32,000 nt of DNA from Nostoc punctiforme PCC 73102 (GCF_000020025.1 NC_010628.1:780001-812000); one strand, 5' to 3'. Counted from the first letter of the stretch, positions 1 through 9,023 are shown. The notes: generated by a model from the letters alone, not told the origin. Made by a program: numbers and translations.

Positions 1-962
1 TGGGATTCATGATATGTACGCATGAGCAATTCTGCCAAAAGGCCGAAGCAAAATAACTGCACCCCAGTTACTAGCAGGAGAACAGCTAAACTTAGCAAGG
101 GGCGATTGCCAATCATCTCACCTAAAGCTAATTTGACAAAAGTCAAGTAGATTCCGATCGCTGTGCCTGAAACCATTGAAATCAAGCCCAACAGCCCAAA
201 AACGTGCATCGGCCGGGTGAGGAATTTTTTCATAAATAGAATGGTTAGCAAATCCATCAACACCCGAAATGTCCGCCAGATCCCATACTTACTACGACCA
301 AAACGACGGGCGTGATGACGCACGGGTATTTCAGTAATTCTAGCTCCTTCGATGTACGCCAAAGCGGGTAAAAATCGGTGTAATTCACCGTAGAGGTTCA
401 TATCTGCCAACAGTTCTGCACGATAAGCTTTCAGCGAACAGCCATAATCATGAATATTCACGCTAGTGGTGCGACGAATTAGCCAGTTAGCAATTTTGGA
501 AGGAAGTAACCGATTTACAGCACCATCTTGGCGTTTTTGCCGCCAACCACTTACCAAATCGTAACCCTCATCCAGCTTTGCTAATAACATAGGGATATCA
601 GCCGGATCGTTCTGGAGATCGGCATCTAAAGTAACGATCGCTTTCCCGACAGCATAATGAAACCCAGCAGCCATCGCCGCAGTTTGTCCGTAGTTGCGAC
701 GCAAAATCACCGCCTTTAAATCAGTGCGGTTTTGTGCCTCTTTCTTGAGAAAATCCCCGGAACCATCTGTAGAACCATCATCCACACAAATGATTTCATA
801 ATTTATCTGGCTAGAGGATAAAGTAAATGCGATCGCTTCTAGTAAAAGCGGCAAACTTTCCACCTCATCATGTATCGGCACCACCACCGAAACATCTGGG
901 ACAATAGCCGAAATCGTCCCATTCTCTTCACTCAACTCTTGATAAACCTTCCCACTCCTCAT
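1..962 (-). CDS. Family 2 glycosyltransferase (polyprenol-phosphate sugar transferase-like); C-terminal end runs off the window
   Basis: Own translation of the minus strand from ATG at 960-962: MRSGKVYQELSEENGTISAIVPDVSVVVPIHDEVESLPLLLEAI...EIICVDDGSTDGS...VTLDADLQNDP...HHARRFGRSKYG, followed by two hydrophobic helices. The frame stays open to position 1, so it is absent from the ORF track. A 14-nt gap separates it from the stop of the upstream same-strand gene. Confidence 0.85.
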   Translation of the reverse strand, partial: MRSGKVYQELSEENGTISAIVPDVSVVVPIHDEVESLPLLLEAIAFTLSSSQINYEIICVDDGSTDGSGDFLKKEAQNRTDLKAVILRRNYGQTAAMAAGFHYAVGKAIVTLDADLQNDPADIPMLLAKLDEGYDLVSGWRQKRQDGAVNRLLPSKIANWLIRRTTSVNIHDYGCSLKAYRAELLADMNLYGELHRFLPALAYIEGARITEIPVRHHARRFGRSKYGIWRTFRVLMDLLTILFMKKFLTRPMHVFGLLGLISMVSGTAIGIYLTFVKLALGEMIGNRPLLSLAVLLLVTGVQLFCFGLLAELLMRTYHES

Positions 963-976
963 ATACCCCTGCGTCC

Positions 977-1705
977 TCAGCGTCTCTGTGGTTCGTAACT
1001 CTTAAAAACTCTACCAGCACCTCGCAGCTGCTGATAATACGACAGACTAACAGCATCTCCCTGTTCCGAGAGAATATCAATCCCAATTCCATCCCGTCCC
1101 TGATCTTTCCCAGAACTATGGATGTAATAACCATCTGCCAAATAAAGTCCGACATGGGTTGCTTTTTGGCTAGTTCCAAAAAATACCAGATCCCCAGCTA
1201 CTAATTCTGCAATAGTAATTGGTTGGGTGAATCCTTCCTGTTGATAGGCATCTCTAGGTAGCCAAATACCCACCGAAGCAAACGCCGCCTGCATCAACCC
1301 AGAACAGTCATAATTTGGCCCAACCGTACCACCCCAAAGGTAATAATTTGATTGTTGCATTGCTTTTTGGGTAAAGGCGATGACCTCTGCGAGGAGTTTC
1401 TTAATTTCAGATTCAGAAAATGTTGCAGCCTGATAAGGTACAGTAGCAGGTTGTAATGAATCAAAATCTGAAAGAGATAACCATCCCGGATAGTCATCTT
1501 CACACAAATACACCTCGACCGCTAAATTTTGATGATTTGATGTTACCCACAAATGCCTCCCAGATGCAGATTGAGTTGCTAAACGTGTACATTCAGGAGA
1601 ATCAAATAAATTTAGGTCAGCTAAACACTGATACTCCCCTAATTTTGGATTTTGGACTTCGGCTTCGCTCAGTCGAACCATTTTGGATTTTAGATTAAAG
1701 GACAT
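977..1705 (-). CDS. NlpC/P60 (C40) cell-wall peptidase with N-terminal SH3-like region
   Basis: ORF track 977..1741. NlpC/P60 signature NYYLWGG..NYDCSGLMQ (Cys nucleophile) and THVGLYLADGYYIHSSG (His). The track start at 1741 is TTG and would overlap the divergent gene. The first ATG is 1703-1705 (MSFNLKSK...) and another ATG lies at 1679-1681, so the exact start is uncertain. Confidence 0.85.
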   Translation of the reverse strand: MSFNLKSKMVRLSEAEVQNPKLGEYQCLADLNLFDSPECTRLATQSASGRHLWVTSNHQNLAVEVYLCEDDYPGWLSLSDFDSLQPATVPYQAATFSESEIKKLLAEVIAFTQKAMQQSNYYLWGGTVGPNYDCSGLMQAAFASVGIWLPRDAYQQEGFTQPITIAELVAGDLVFFGTSQKATHVGLYLADGYYIHSSGKDQGRDGIGIDILSEQGDAVSLSYYQQLRGAGRVFKSYEPQRR

Positions 1706-1714
1706 TATTAGAGA

Positions 1715-2647
1715 ATGATTTTTTTTAATAAAGACGAACAACTCGAAAATATTGGTAATGGCATTTTAGATGCAACTTGGGCAGCATTTCCGACTTTAGC
1801 CCGGAATCAAATTGCGCTGACTTGGGTTGTTTACGATCCACCAGTGCGAGTCAATACTGGTGGGGCGCTGACTCCCAACGCTTTTTGGGATCATCCAGTC
1901 CGTGGTTTTACTTATCGCGGTGTTGAACGGATTTATCCCGCCAGTGTAGTCAAGCTATTTTACCTGGTGGCGGTAAATGAATGGCTAGAAAAAGGCATGA
2001 GTCAAACTTCCAAGGAGTTGGAACGCGCCTTGCGGGATATGATTGTCGATTCTAGTAACGATGCTACCAGCTTGGTTGTGGATATTTTAAGTGGTACTAC
2101 ATCTGGGCCAGAATTACCAACCGGGCCCTTTGAAACCTGGAAATATCAGCGTAATATCGTTAACCGCTATTATCAATCTTTGGGTTGGGAAGAAATGGAG
2201 ACGATTAACGTCTGTCAAAAAACTTGGGGTGATGGGCCTTATGGACGGGAACGGGCATTTGCGGGAGAGTTACTAGAAAATCGCAATATGTTGACAACAA
2301 ATGCGATCGCTAGGTTATTGCATAGTATTGTAGGTGGCGTGGCGGTTTCAAGTGCGCGATCGCAAGCAATGATGGCTTTACTCAAACGTCCTCTCAACGA
2401 TTTACCCACTGACACTGAGGAAAATCAAGTAACAGGTTTCTTAGGCGGCGGATTACCTCAAAATGCTCAAATTTGGTCAAAAGCAGGCTGGACAAGCCAA
2501 GTTCGCCATGATGCAGCGTATATTGAGTTACCAGAACAGCGCCCTTACCTCTTAGTGGTATTTACTGAAGGTAAAGCCCAGGCTAAGAGTCAGGCTATTT
2601 TACCCTTTGTTTCTCAGCAAGTTGCCGATGCAATTAGCAGCTTATAA
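1715..2647 (+). CDS. Serine hydrolase, class A beta-lactamase / PBP-like
   Basis: 310-aa ORF with S-x-x-K (ASVVKL), S-x-N (DSSNDA) and K-x-G (SKAGWT) in the order and spacing of class A beta-lactamase-fold enzymes. Confidence 0.8.
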   Translation: MIFFNKDEQLENIGNGILDATWAAFPTLARNQIALTWVVYDPPVRVNTGGALTPNAFWDHPVRGFTYRGVERIYPASVVKLFYLVAVNEWLEKGMSQTSKELERALRDMIVDSSNDATSLVVDILSGTTSGPELPTGPFETWKYQRNIVNRYYQSLGWEEMETINVCQKTWGDGPYGRERAFAGELLENRNMLTTNAIARLLHSIVGGVAVSSARSQAMMALLKRPLNDLPTDTEENQVTGFLGGGLPQNAQIWSKAGWTSQVRHDAAYIELPEQRPYLLVVFTEGKAQAKSQAILPFVSQQVADAISSL

Positions 2648-2680
2648 TCCAATAGCATGGATTAATAACTTCTTTCTTCT

Positions 2681-2782
2681 CTCTGTGTTCTCTGCGCGGC
2701 AGTCGCTCATGGGGGAAACCCCCTTGGCGTTAGCCTCTCCCTTTGGGAGAAGACCGCGCTGCCTTGCCTCTGCGGTTCGTTA
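2681..2782. repeat. GC-rich structured intergenic element, probably a Nostocales dispersed repeat (MITE-like)
   Basis: ctctgtgttctctgcgcggcagtcgctcatgggggaaacccccttggcgttagcctctccctttgggagaagaccgcgctgccttgcctctgcggttcgtt contains two short perfect hairpins (ggggg-aaa-ccccc; tctccc-ttt-gggaga). It ends in the cctctgcggttcgtt-type motif I associate with Nostoc intergenic repeats. Copy number cannot be judged from one window. Confidence 0.4.
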
Positions 2783-2803
2783 AAAAATTGACTTTAATAA
2801 AAA

Positions 2804-2836
2804 AGCTCTCCGACTTATCGAATAAGTTGGGGAGCT
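2804..2836. terminator. Hairpin between convergent genes (candidate bidirectional terminator)
   Basis: agctctccgactta-tcgaa-taagttggggagct gives a 14-bp stem with two G-U/mismatch positions. A-run upstream and AT-rich flank downstream. It sits between the stops at 2647 (+) and 2858 (-). Confidence 0.55.
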
Positions 2837-2857
2837 AAATCCGCCAATTTTTACAAA

Positions 2858-4708
2858 TCAAATAGGATTGCTATATTTCAACTGAAATTCGTCAAACTTC
2901 ACTACTTCCGAATCAGGCTTGCGAGTATCAAAGCGATAACTACTTATCGTCCCTGCCCCTGTATCAAAAATACTAAAAACCGTAATATTATTACTCGAAA
3001 TATAAGGCATCGGCTTACCATCTTCACCCAAAAAAGGGGCAATTGTCGGCACTATTGGTTCTAAACCATTGGGATCGCCAACCTTAACATAATCCTCTTG
3101 ATATCCAATTGGCACTTCTCGCTTTCTGTCACCCCAAGCAGCGCCGTAAGTATTGCCAACATTAGATGTTTCTAGAAAATGCATTCCACTGGGACTAACA
3201 AAGCGATTCCACAAATGAGAATGCCCATAGAATACCAATTGCACATTAGCAACTTCTAATAAAGGTACAACATCGCGGATAATATAATCTGCATCTTTGG
3301 GGTATTCGTAACGCACAGCTTTAATATTATTACCATCTCGTTCAATTATTTGAACAGGTTCTGTATAAGCAGGAACTATATTATCACCCAGAGTATGGGG
3401 AGGATGATGGAACATCACAACTTTGTATTTTGCTTGTTTAAATTCAGGGCTGTTGAGTTCTGCTTCTAGCCAATTATACTGCTTGCTACCTTTAGCAATT
3501 GGCTCATAAATTAGCTGCCCATAACCCCAATTTTCAGGATTATTTAAATCCTTTTCAGCTTCCTGATATCGACCTCTGCGCTTTTTATCTAAGCTAGGAG
3601 TCCGCCACATATTCGTAGCGAAAAGTACCACCAAACGTACATCACCAAAGCTAACTGCATAATATCTTTTTCCACCCTCTTTACTTTTTGGTAAAGAGAA
3701 AATCTCTTCGTAGGTATTAGTATTAAAAGAATTATCTATTAAAGATTTATCTTGATAAATTTTTTGAGTAGCGACGCGGGGAATCGTATCATCAAATTCA
3801 TCATTTAAACTTCCCATCCTGGCAAATCGCCCCATCACCTCATGATTACCAATGCAAGTAAACATGGGTGCGTGTTGAATTATTTGTCCACCAGTATAGG
3901 TTGTCTTAATGTCGTTGTCCGTCATTTCATAAGTAGCACGACCTTGTAAGCCGGGAAACAACGCACCACCACTATTATCATCAAACCATTCTGAGGCGCG
4001 ATCGCTAATATTCACTAAATCACCAGCAAACCACACCCCATCAACTCGTCCAACTGTTTCTACCACCTTTTGCAAATTTGCTGCTGTCATCGGCTTTAAT
4101 TGATGATCTGAGGTAAGTAAAATTTTTAGTGGTGTATCTGGTTTGGGACTAGCTGCAAGGGTAAAAACATCACTGTTAATAGTCTCGCTGTCTTCTCGCA
4201 CACTTGTAACCCGATAGTTTAACCGCACCCCAGGAGTTAACCCACCTACCTCAGCTTCATGTCGCCAAATGTTGCGCTGAACTGGTTTTTGATAAACTTC
4301 GCCGTCTTTAGTTTGGTTTCCAACTCTTGATTGCTGGTCTTCACGAGTGCGGCTGAGTTTGGTAGTATTTGCCTTAGCAGTTAGTTTAAGATTTTCACCA
4401 TAAGTTACTGTGTGATTAACACCAGCAAACTCAGTAAACCAAACTACTTGCACTGAGGTTTCAGTTGGTAATTGTAAAAATGGATCGGTGAGCAGTTGGG
4501 GTGCTGATGTCATAATTGTTTGCCCAAATGAACGCACGCTTACCAGAGTAAGGCATATCACAAGCGCCAGCATAGCCACTAAGGAAATTTTACGGCTGTG
4601 TAAGCGTCTGAGAATGAGTAACATCCCAAACAAATTTTTTAGGGTATTCACCGACTGAACGCAAGCTTCGCTCGTTTTGATAAAAAGCCGTCGAGAAATC
4701 GAAGTCAT
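2858..4708 (-). CDS. Secreted calcineurin-like metallophosphoesterase (purple-acid-phosphatase-like N-domain)
   Basis: Metallophosphoesterase motifs in canonical order: LLTSDHQ, GDLVN, GNHE, MFHHPPH, GHSHLW. The N-terminus reads SRRLFIK (twin-arginine-like). An alternative ATG at 4622-4624 gives a cleaner signal peptide (MLLILRRLHSRKISLVAMLALVICLTLVSVRSFG), so the start is uncertain. Confidence 0.8.
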   Translation of the reverse strand: MTSISRRLFIKTSEACVQSVNTLKNLFGMLLILRRLHSRKISLVAMLALVICLTLVSVRSFGQTIMTSAPQLLTDPFLQLPTETSVQVVWFTEFAGVNHTVTYGENLKLTAKANTTKLSRTREDQQSRVGNQTKDGEVYQKPVQRNIWRHEAEVGGLTPGVRLNYRVTSVREDSETINSDVFTLAASPKPDTPLKILLTSDHQLKPMTAANLQKVVETVGRVDGVWFAGDLVNISDRASEWFDDNSGGALFPGLQGRATYEMTDNDIKTTYTGGQIIQHAPMFTCIGNHEVMGRFARMGSLNDEFDDTIPRVATQKIYQDKSLIDNSFNTNTYEEIFSLPKSKEGGKRYYAVSFGDVRLVVLFATNMWRTPSLDKKRRGRYQEAEKDLNNPENWGYGQLIYEPIAKGSKQYNWLEAELNSPEFKQAKYKVVMFHHPPHTLGDNIVPAYTEPVQIIERDGNNIKAVRYEYPKDADYIIRDVVPLLEVANVQLVFYGHSHLWNRFVSPSGMHFLETSNVGNTYGAAWGDRKREVPIGYQEDYVKVGDPNGLEPIVPTIAPFLGEDGKPMPYISSNNITVFSIFDTGAGTISSYRFDTRKPDSEVVKFDEFQLKYSNPI

Positions 4709-4735
4709 TAGTCATTGGTACTAATGACTAATGAC
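4704..4735 (-). repeat. 13-bp perfect inverted repeat built from STRR-like heptamers, spanning a stop codon and a start codon
   Basis: gtcattagtcatt-ggtact-aatgactaatgac (arms 4704-4716 and 4723-4735). In mRNA sense, the TAG of the upstream ORF (4728-4730) lies in the 5' arm and the ATG at 4706-4708 lies in the 3' arm. Confidence 0.7.
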
Positions 4736-5999
4736 TAAACGGTTTCCAACCCGCTAGTAAATTTGGGTAAGCCGTTGATGTGGGGAAAATATTCTGGAAG
4801 CCAGTTTGACGCTCTTGTGGCTTTTCTTTGCTCATATTCCAGAGGGATTCATAGAAAAAGAAAGAGACTCCAGCAAAATTGCGATCGCGGATTTTTTGCA
4901 CTTGTGTCTGAATCTGTTGCATCGGCACATCTCGGTTCTTCAACCCAGCCAAAATTCCCACACTGACTGGAATATGGCTCTTTGCCGCTTTCACTTCTGG
5001 ATATTCTAATTCGTTAATAAAAACATTCAAATCATCACGATATATCTGCAAAACTAAGTCTTCAATGATTCCTAGGCGTTCCCACTTTTACTTTTGCCAG
5101 TCCGCTAAAAAGAACTCGTAAGAAAAACGTTGAGGATTAGGTGCAATGGAAACTAGGCAATCTTTTTTAGTAGCTTTGATGGTTTTGAATACCCGTTTCA
5201 TAAACTCGGTGATTTTGTTAGCTCTCCAGCGCACCCATTCTGGATCTCTAAAATTTTTGGAGGGAGCTTTACCACGGTGTTCTTTTTTGTAAAGTGCCAC
5301 TGTGTAAGCATCGTAACCTAATTCTGATGGTAAGCCAAAATGGTCATCTAATTGAATGCCGTCAATATTGTAGTTTCTAACAATTTCAACGATTAAATCT
5401 TGAATAAATTGTTGTACTTCTGGGCGAAAGGGATTTAGCCAAACACGGTTATGCGTGCCTTCTTTGACAATTCGAGTCCCATCGCTGCGGCTAGTGAGCC
5501 ATTGGGGACGATTTTTAGCTAAGAGAGAGTCGGCTGGTGCCATGAAGCCAAATTCAAACCAGGGAATCACTGTTAGCCCTTTTTGATGTCCTACATCGAC
5601 AATTTCTTTGAGGATATCTCGCCCTTGCAATCCTGGTGTAGGATCGAGCGATCGCCCAATTACTTTTTGGGCAACTTTGCTGGGATACAATGTATATCCC
5701 CAATTCCAAACCGCCGGATATATGGTGTTAAAATTGAGTTCATCAAGGCGTTGCAAAGATCCCTTGAGGCGATCGCGCTCAAATAACACATCACTATCAA
5801 TATTTGTTAACCACACCCCCCTTAGCTCCGATGCTAGTTTTGGCGGCAGATTAATTTGAGCGTTCAATGGGAACGATAGCATCACCGTAGCTACCACACT
5901 CAAGGTAACGATAACGGCAAATAACCCTGACTTTCTGCTTTGGCGAATATTCCACCAAGAATGAAACTCAACACACCACTTTACAAACCTTTTCATCAT
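4728..5999 (-). pseudogene. Glycoside hydrolase-like family 10 (GHL10/DUF187, YngK-type) gene interrupted by one in-frame TAA
   Basis: ORFs 5088..5999 and 4728..5051 are in the same frame (both upper coordinates are 2 mod 3). Reading through gives ...FFLADWQK*KWERLGIIEDLVLQIYRDD..., with 12 sense codons between the TAA (5088-5090) and the TTG counted as a start by the track. The 5' part has the GHL10-like core (GVWLTN..., VIPWFEFGF, NRVWLNPF, IDGIQLDDHFGLP) plus a signal anchor. Confidence 0.7.
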
Positions 6000-6103
6000 T
6001 TGGTTACAGACACGATCAAATTATGAACAATCAGCATGAATAGCGATCGTTTCGATTGTAAGCGCTAAAACAATCGCTATTTCCCATTGCTGAGATTTAT
6101 CAT

Positions 6104-7246
6104 TTATTGGGCGCTGGCTACGAGTTGATTCCAGGCTTTGACTGCTGCTTGTAAATTCGTTGGCAGGTTATTTTGAGAAATATCATTGTACTGAACCGTA
6201 CCCTTTTGGCTGGTAAGAGTGTAGGTGATATAATCAGCAGCACCACTAGGGGCTGGGTAACTTAGATTTTGGAATTTACTAAAATTAGAGCGTTCCAAAT
6301 ATCTCTGAAATTGTTGCACCTGTTGCACAGAAACGCTGCGAACACTGCGTTCCGAATCATTGGCATCACCAATCCGCACGCGAATCAATCGCCCATCTTT
6401 GAGTAAGACAGTTTGGTAGGTTCTGCCAGCAAAACCGCCACTGGAAATTTGCCGAAATACTATATCTCGATCTAACGGTGGTGGTAACTCGCTGGCTGGA
6501 ATTTGCACAGGGGCAAGTGTACCTTCGTTAGCTTTTTGATTCAGTCTGACTGCGGAACCTGTTTGATTAGTATGATAAACCAAGGTTTGGTCAACCGCAC
6601 CAACAACTACTCGCCAGCCTGATACCAAAGCTTGGGTACAGAATTCATCAGTATTAGCTAATTCTAAACAGCTATTTCTCCAAGTTTGCGATTGAGCTTG
6701 AATGATGCTTAGTTGAGAAATTGGCTGTTGCAAACGTCTGGATGCAACTTGCAAAACAGCATTTTTTACAGACGCAGGTAATTTACCTGGCAGATTGTCT
6801 GAGGGAGTATTTGCCGAAGCTAAACGTAGCGATCGCCCGTTGTTATTGGTATGATAAACCCAATTTTGTTTGCCATTAGACACCACAATCCGCCAACCAG
6901 GAACTAACGCTTGGGTGCAGATTTCATCCGATTGAGGCAGTTCCAAGCAACCATTGCGCCAAGTCTGTTGGCTATAATCAATAATTTGCAGTTGGCTAGT
7001 AAAAATTCCCTGTTTGCGGGCTAAATCTCGCAGTACCGCCTTAGCTACTGGACGTGGCAAGCGATTTGGTTTAATATTATCTTTGAGGACTTCATTGTTT
7101 GTTTCTAACGAAAAGTTAGCAGAAGCGCCCGTCGCATCTTTGATAAGCGTTAAACTGCTAGTTACAGACAAAATTCCAGTCAAAATCAAAGCAGTAAAAA
7201 TTCGTGCTTGATTAGTGTTAAGGTATTTTTTCAGCATGGTTCTCAT
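6104..7246 (-). CDS. Secreted hypothetical protein with tandem Cys-pair modules and a GGFAG C-terminal domain
   Basis: 380-aa ORF with an N-terminal signal peptide (ALILTGILSVTSSLTLIKDATGA). It has two homologous ~95-aa modules: QQTWRNGCLELPQSDEICTQALVPGWRIVVSNGKQNWVYHTNNNGRSLRL and SQTWRNSCLELANTDEFCTQALVSGWRVVVGAVDQTLVYHTNQTGSAVRL. No family name recognised with confidence. Confidence 0.7.
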   Translation of the reverse strand: MRTMLKKYLNTNQARIFTALILTGILSVTSSLTLIKDATGASANFSLETNNEVLKDNIKPNRLPRPVAKAVLRDLARKQGIFTSQLQIIDYSQQTWRNGCLELPQSDEICTQALVPGWRIVVSNGKQNWVYHTNNNGRSLRLASANTPSDNLPGKLPASVKNAVLQVASRRLQQPISQLSIIQAQSQTWRNSCLELANTDEFCTQALVSGWRVVVGAVDQTLVYHTNQTGSAVRLNQKANEGTLAPVQIPASELPPPLDRDIVFRQISSGGFAGRTYQTVLLKDGRLIRVRIGDANDSERSVRSVSVQQVQQFQRYLERSNFSKFQNLSYPAPSGAADYITYTLTSQKGTVQYNDISQNNLPTNLQAAVKAWNQLVASAQ

Positions 7247-7917
7247 CGTAATATAGCGATGTTACTCAAGAGTTATAGAACTGGGAAATAGTATCCAACC
7301 ACGTATAGACAATAAAATATATAATTCCAGTACTTCACCAGTTGGAATTAATTTAGTATATTTGTCCTGAAACAGATATAAATACAGACGCTGATGTACT
7401 AATTGTTTGTTCCTTATACAAATTCTGGATGAAAATTGCACTCAATCAAAACGCCATATATCCCAATACGCTTGGGTTAAGCGCTATTTGTACAAAATCG
7501 TGGGTTTTGAGACGCGATAAATCGCCGTCTCTACAAGTGTTTTGGTCTTATCTGAACTGTATTGCCCTATATTTTACGGCAATCTAGGAATAACTCAGAA
7601 GCTTAGTTTTCATTAGATAAAAAAACTTTGTTGTGGATTCTCTTCCACGTCCCTGTCTGGGAAAATAGCTTGTTTCGTTCCGATGTAGAGGATGAGAACG
7701 AGGAAAAGCTTATGAAGCTAGATTTTTAGGGCTTATGTGTACACTATATTCTCGTATCACAGAAAAATGGAAGCAAGGTTTTCCATATTCCATGAGAAGT
7801 TAGGGTAAGCGAAGGTTAAATAAAAGTAATTTTATAAATAATTAAACAGAACCGTAGTTTAGATTTTGCTCGGCTCAACCTACGCATCTACAAATATTTG
7901 AGTAATCTCAGCCAATA

Positions 7918-8421
7918 TTAGGCGCTAATGGCTCGTTGTTCAGATCCAACTAACTGATTGTGAGATACATCAAATCTAATAGTGCTTGCTGCCCAATCTT
8001 TGAAATCTGGTGCTAACCAGACTAGCTTGCGTAGAATTTCATCATTAACCCACAACACCAAGGGAAACCGAAACTGTTTCCGAAACTCATTTCGCATGAT
8101 GTTGGTACTGATGATTAGTTGGTTAATTTCTACTACGGATTCTAAACCCCGTACCATCAAAGCTTCGGGTTGAGTAGCACCAATTGCACTTGTAATTGCT
8201 GTATATAATGTGTCAGCCGCAGGTGAGAGCAAGATTTTGTGGATATCTGTTGATGAAAATTCTGTTAACAGATTCAGCACTTGCTGCTGTCTTTCAATAC
8301 TGTTACAACAAGCCAATATCAGTGAGAACTCCCCACCAGAAACCATCATCGCCCTTGCCAGCCTCTTAGTGGATGCTGTGCTGCTAACTGTGTCGTTTTC
8401 TGAATTATTTAAGCCGATCAT
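7918..8421 (-). CDS. Orphan 167-aa hypothetical protein, possibly the N-terminal stump of a larger STAND/TPR-type gene
   Basis: ATG-initiated ORF isolated between two ~600-nt non-coding A+T-rich stretches. The sequence FSLILACCNSIERQQQ...FRFPLVLWVNDEILRKLVWLAPDFKDWA resembles (from memory only) the N-terminal module of large cyanobacterial NTPase/TPR/CHAT proteins. Confidence 0.45.
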   Translation of the reverse strand: MIGLNNSENDTVSSTASTKRLARAMMVSGGEFSLILACCNSIERQQQVLNLLTEFSSTDIHKILLSPAADTLYTAITSAIGATQPEALMVRGLESVVEINQLIISTNIMRNEFRKQFRFPLVLWVNDEILRKLVWLAPDFKDWAASTIRFDVSHNQLVGSEQRAISA

Positions 8422-9023
8422 TAAAAAATCCTGCTTTTAATTTTAAAAATATCTGAGCAATATTCAGTTATTCTACCCTATTAATTTTTATGCAAAAGTG
8501 TTAAGCGGGTAATTTATGATAAGTTTTTCTCTGAAACCGACTATATTACTACGGATTGCCTAACAAAAGAGGATATTCTCTATTATCCCATAATTATACT
8601 TAAGGAATAATGTAAAGGTAGTATTAAAATCACGTAAGCAAAAGATAACGCAAGTAAAAGGAAGTTAGGGAAAAATTAACAATTTAATTACACTGTATTT
8701 TTATAGATTTTGGCATCTACCATTGGTTAAGTAATTAATTCTTATATTAAGTTAAAAAAATATTCAGTATTAGTTTAACAACAAATATTGACAACTGGGA
8801 AAAAGCTCAATTCATCCTTTTGATAGAACTGTGGCTCAAAGATTTCTCGTTATTCAGAGAATACGGAATTTTTAGCTTTATTAAGATTGGTTAAGAATAC
8901 CTGAAATATAACTATTCATGAATTCAGATAAATTTGAAAGGGAAATACAACACGCTGAGTTTATTACGCATTATCAACAACAGACTATCGCACACCCTTG
9001 AGATGAATAAGACTGAGAATCTT

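Noticed and set aside
928-1698. ORFs 928..1179 (-), 1294..1503 (-) and 1456..1698 (+)
   Set aside because: All are embedded in, or antisense to, the well-supported GT2 and NlpC/P60 reading frames, and none has a recognisable motif.
6039-6081. Inverted repeat aatagcgat ... atcgctatt downstream of 6104..7246, as a terminator
   Set aside because: The stem is only 9 bp, the loop is about 25 nt and no U-tract follows, so support is too weak to annotate.
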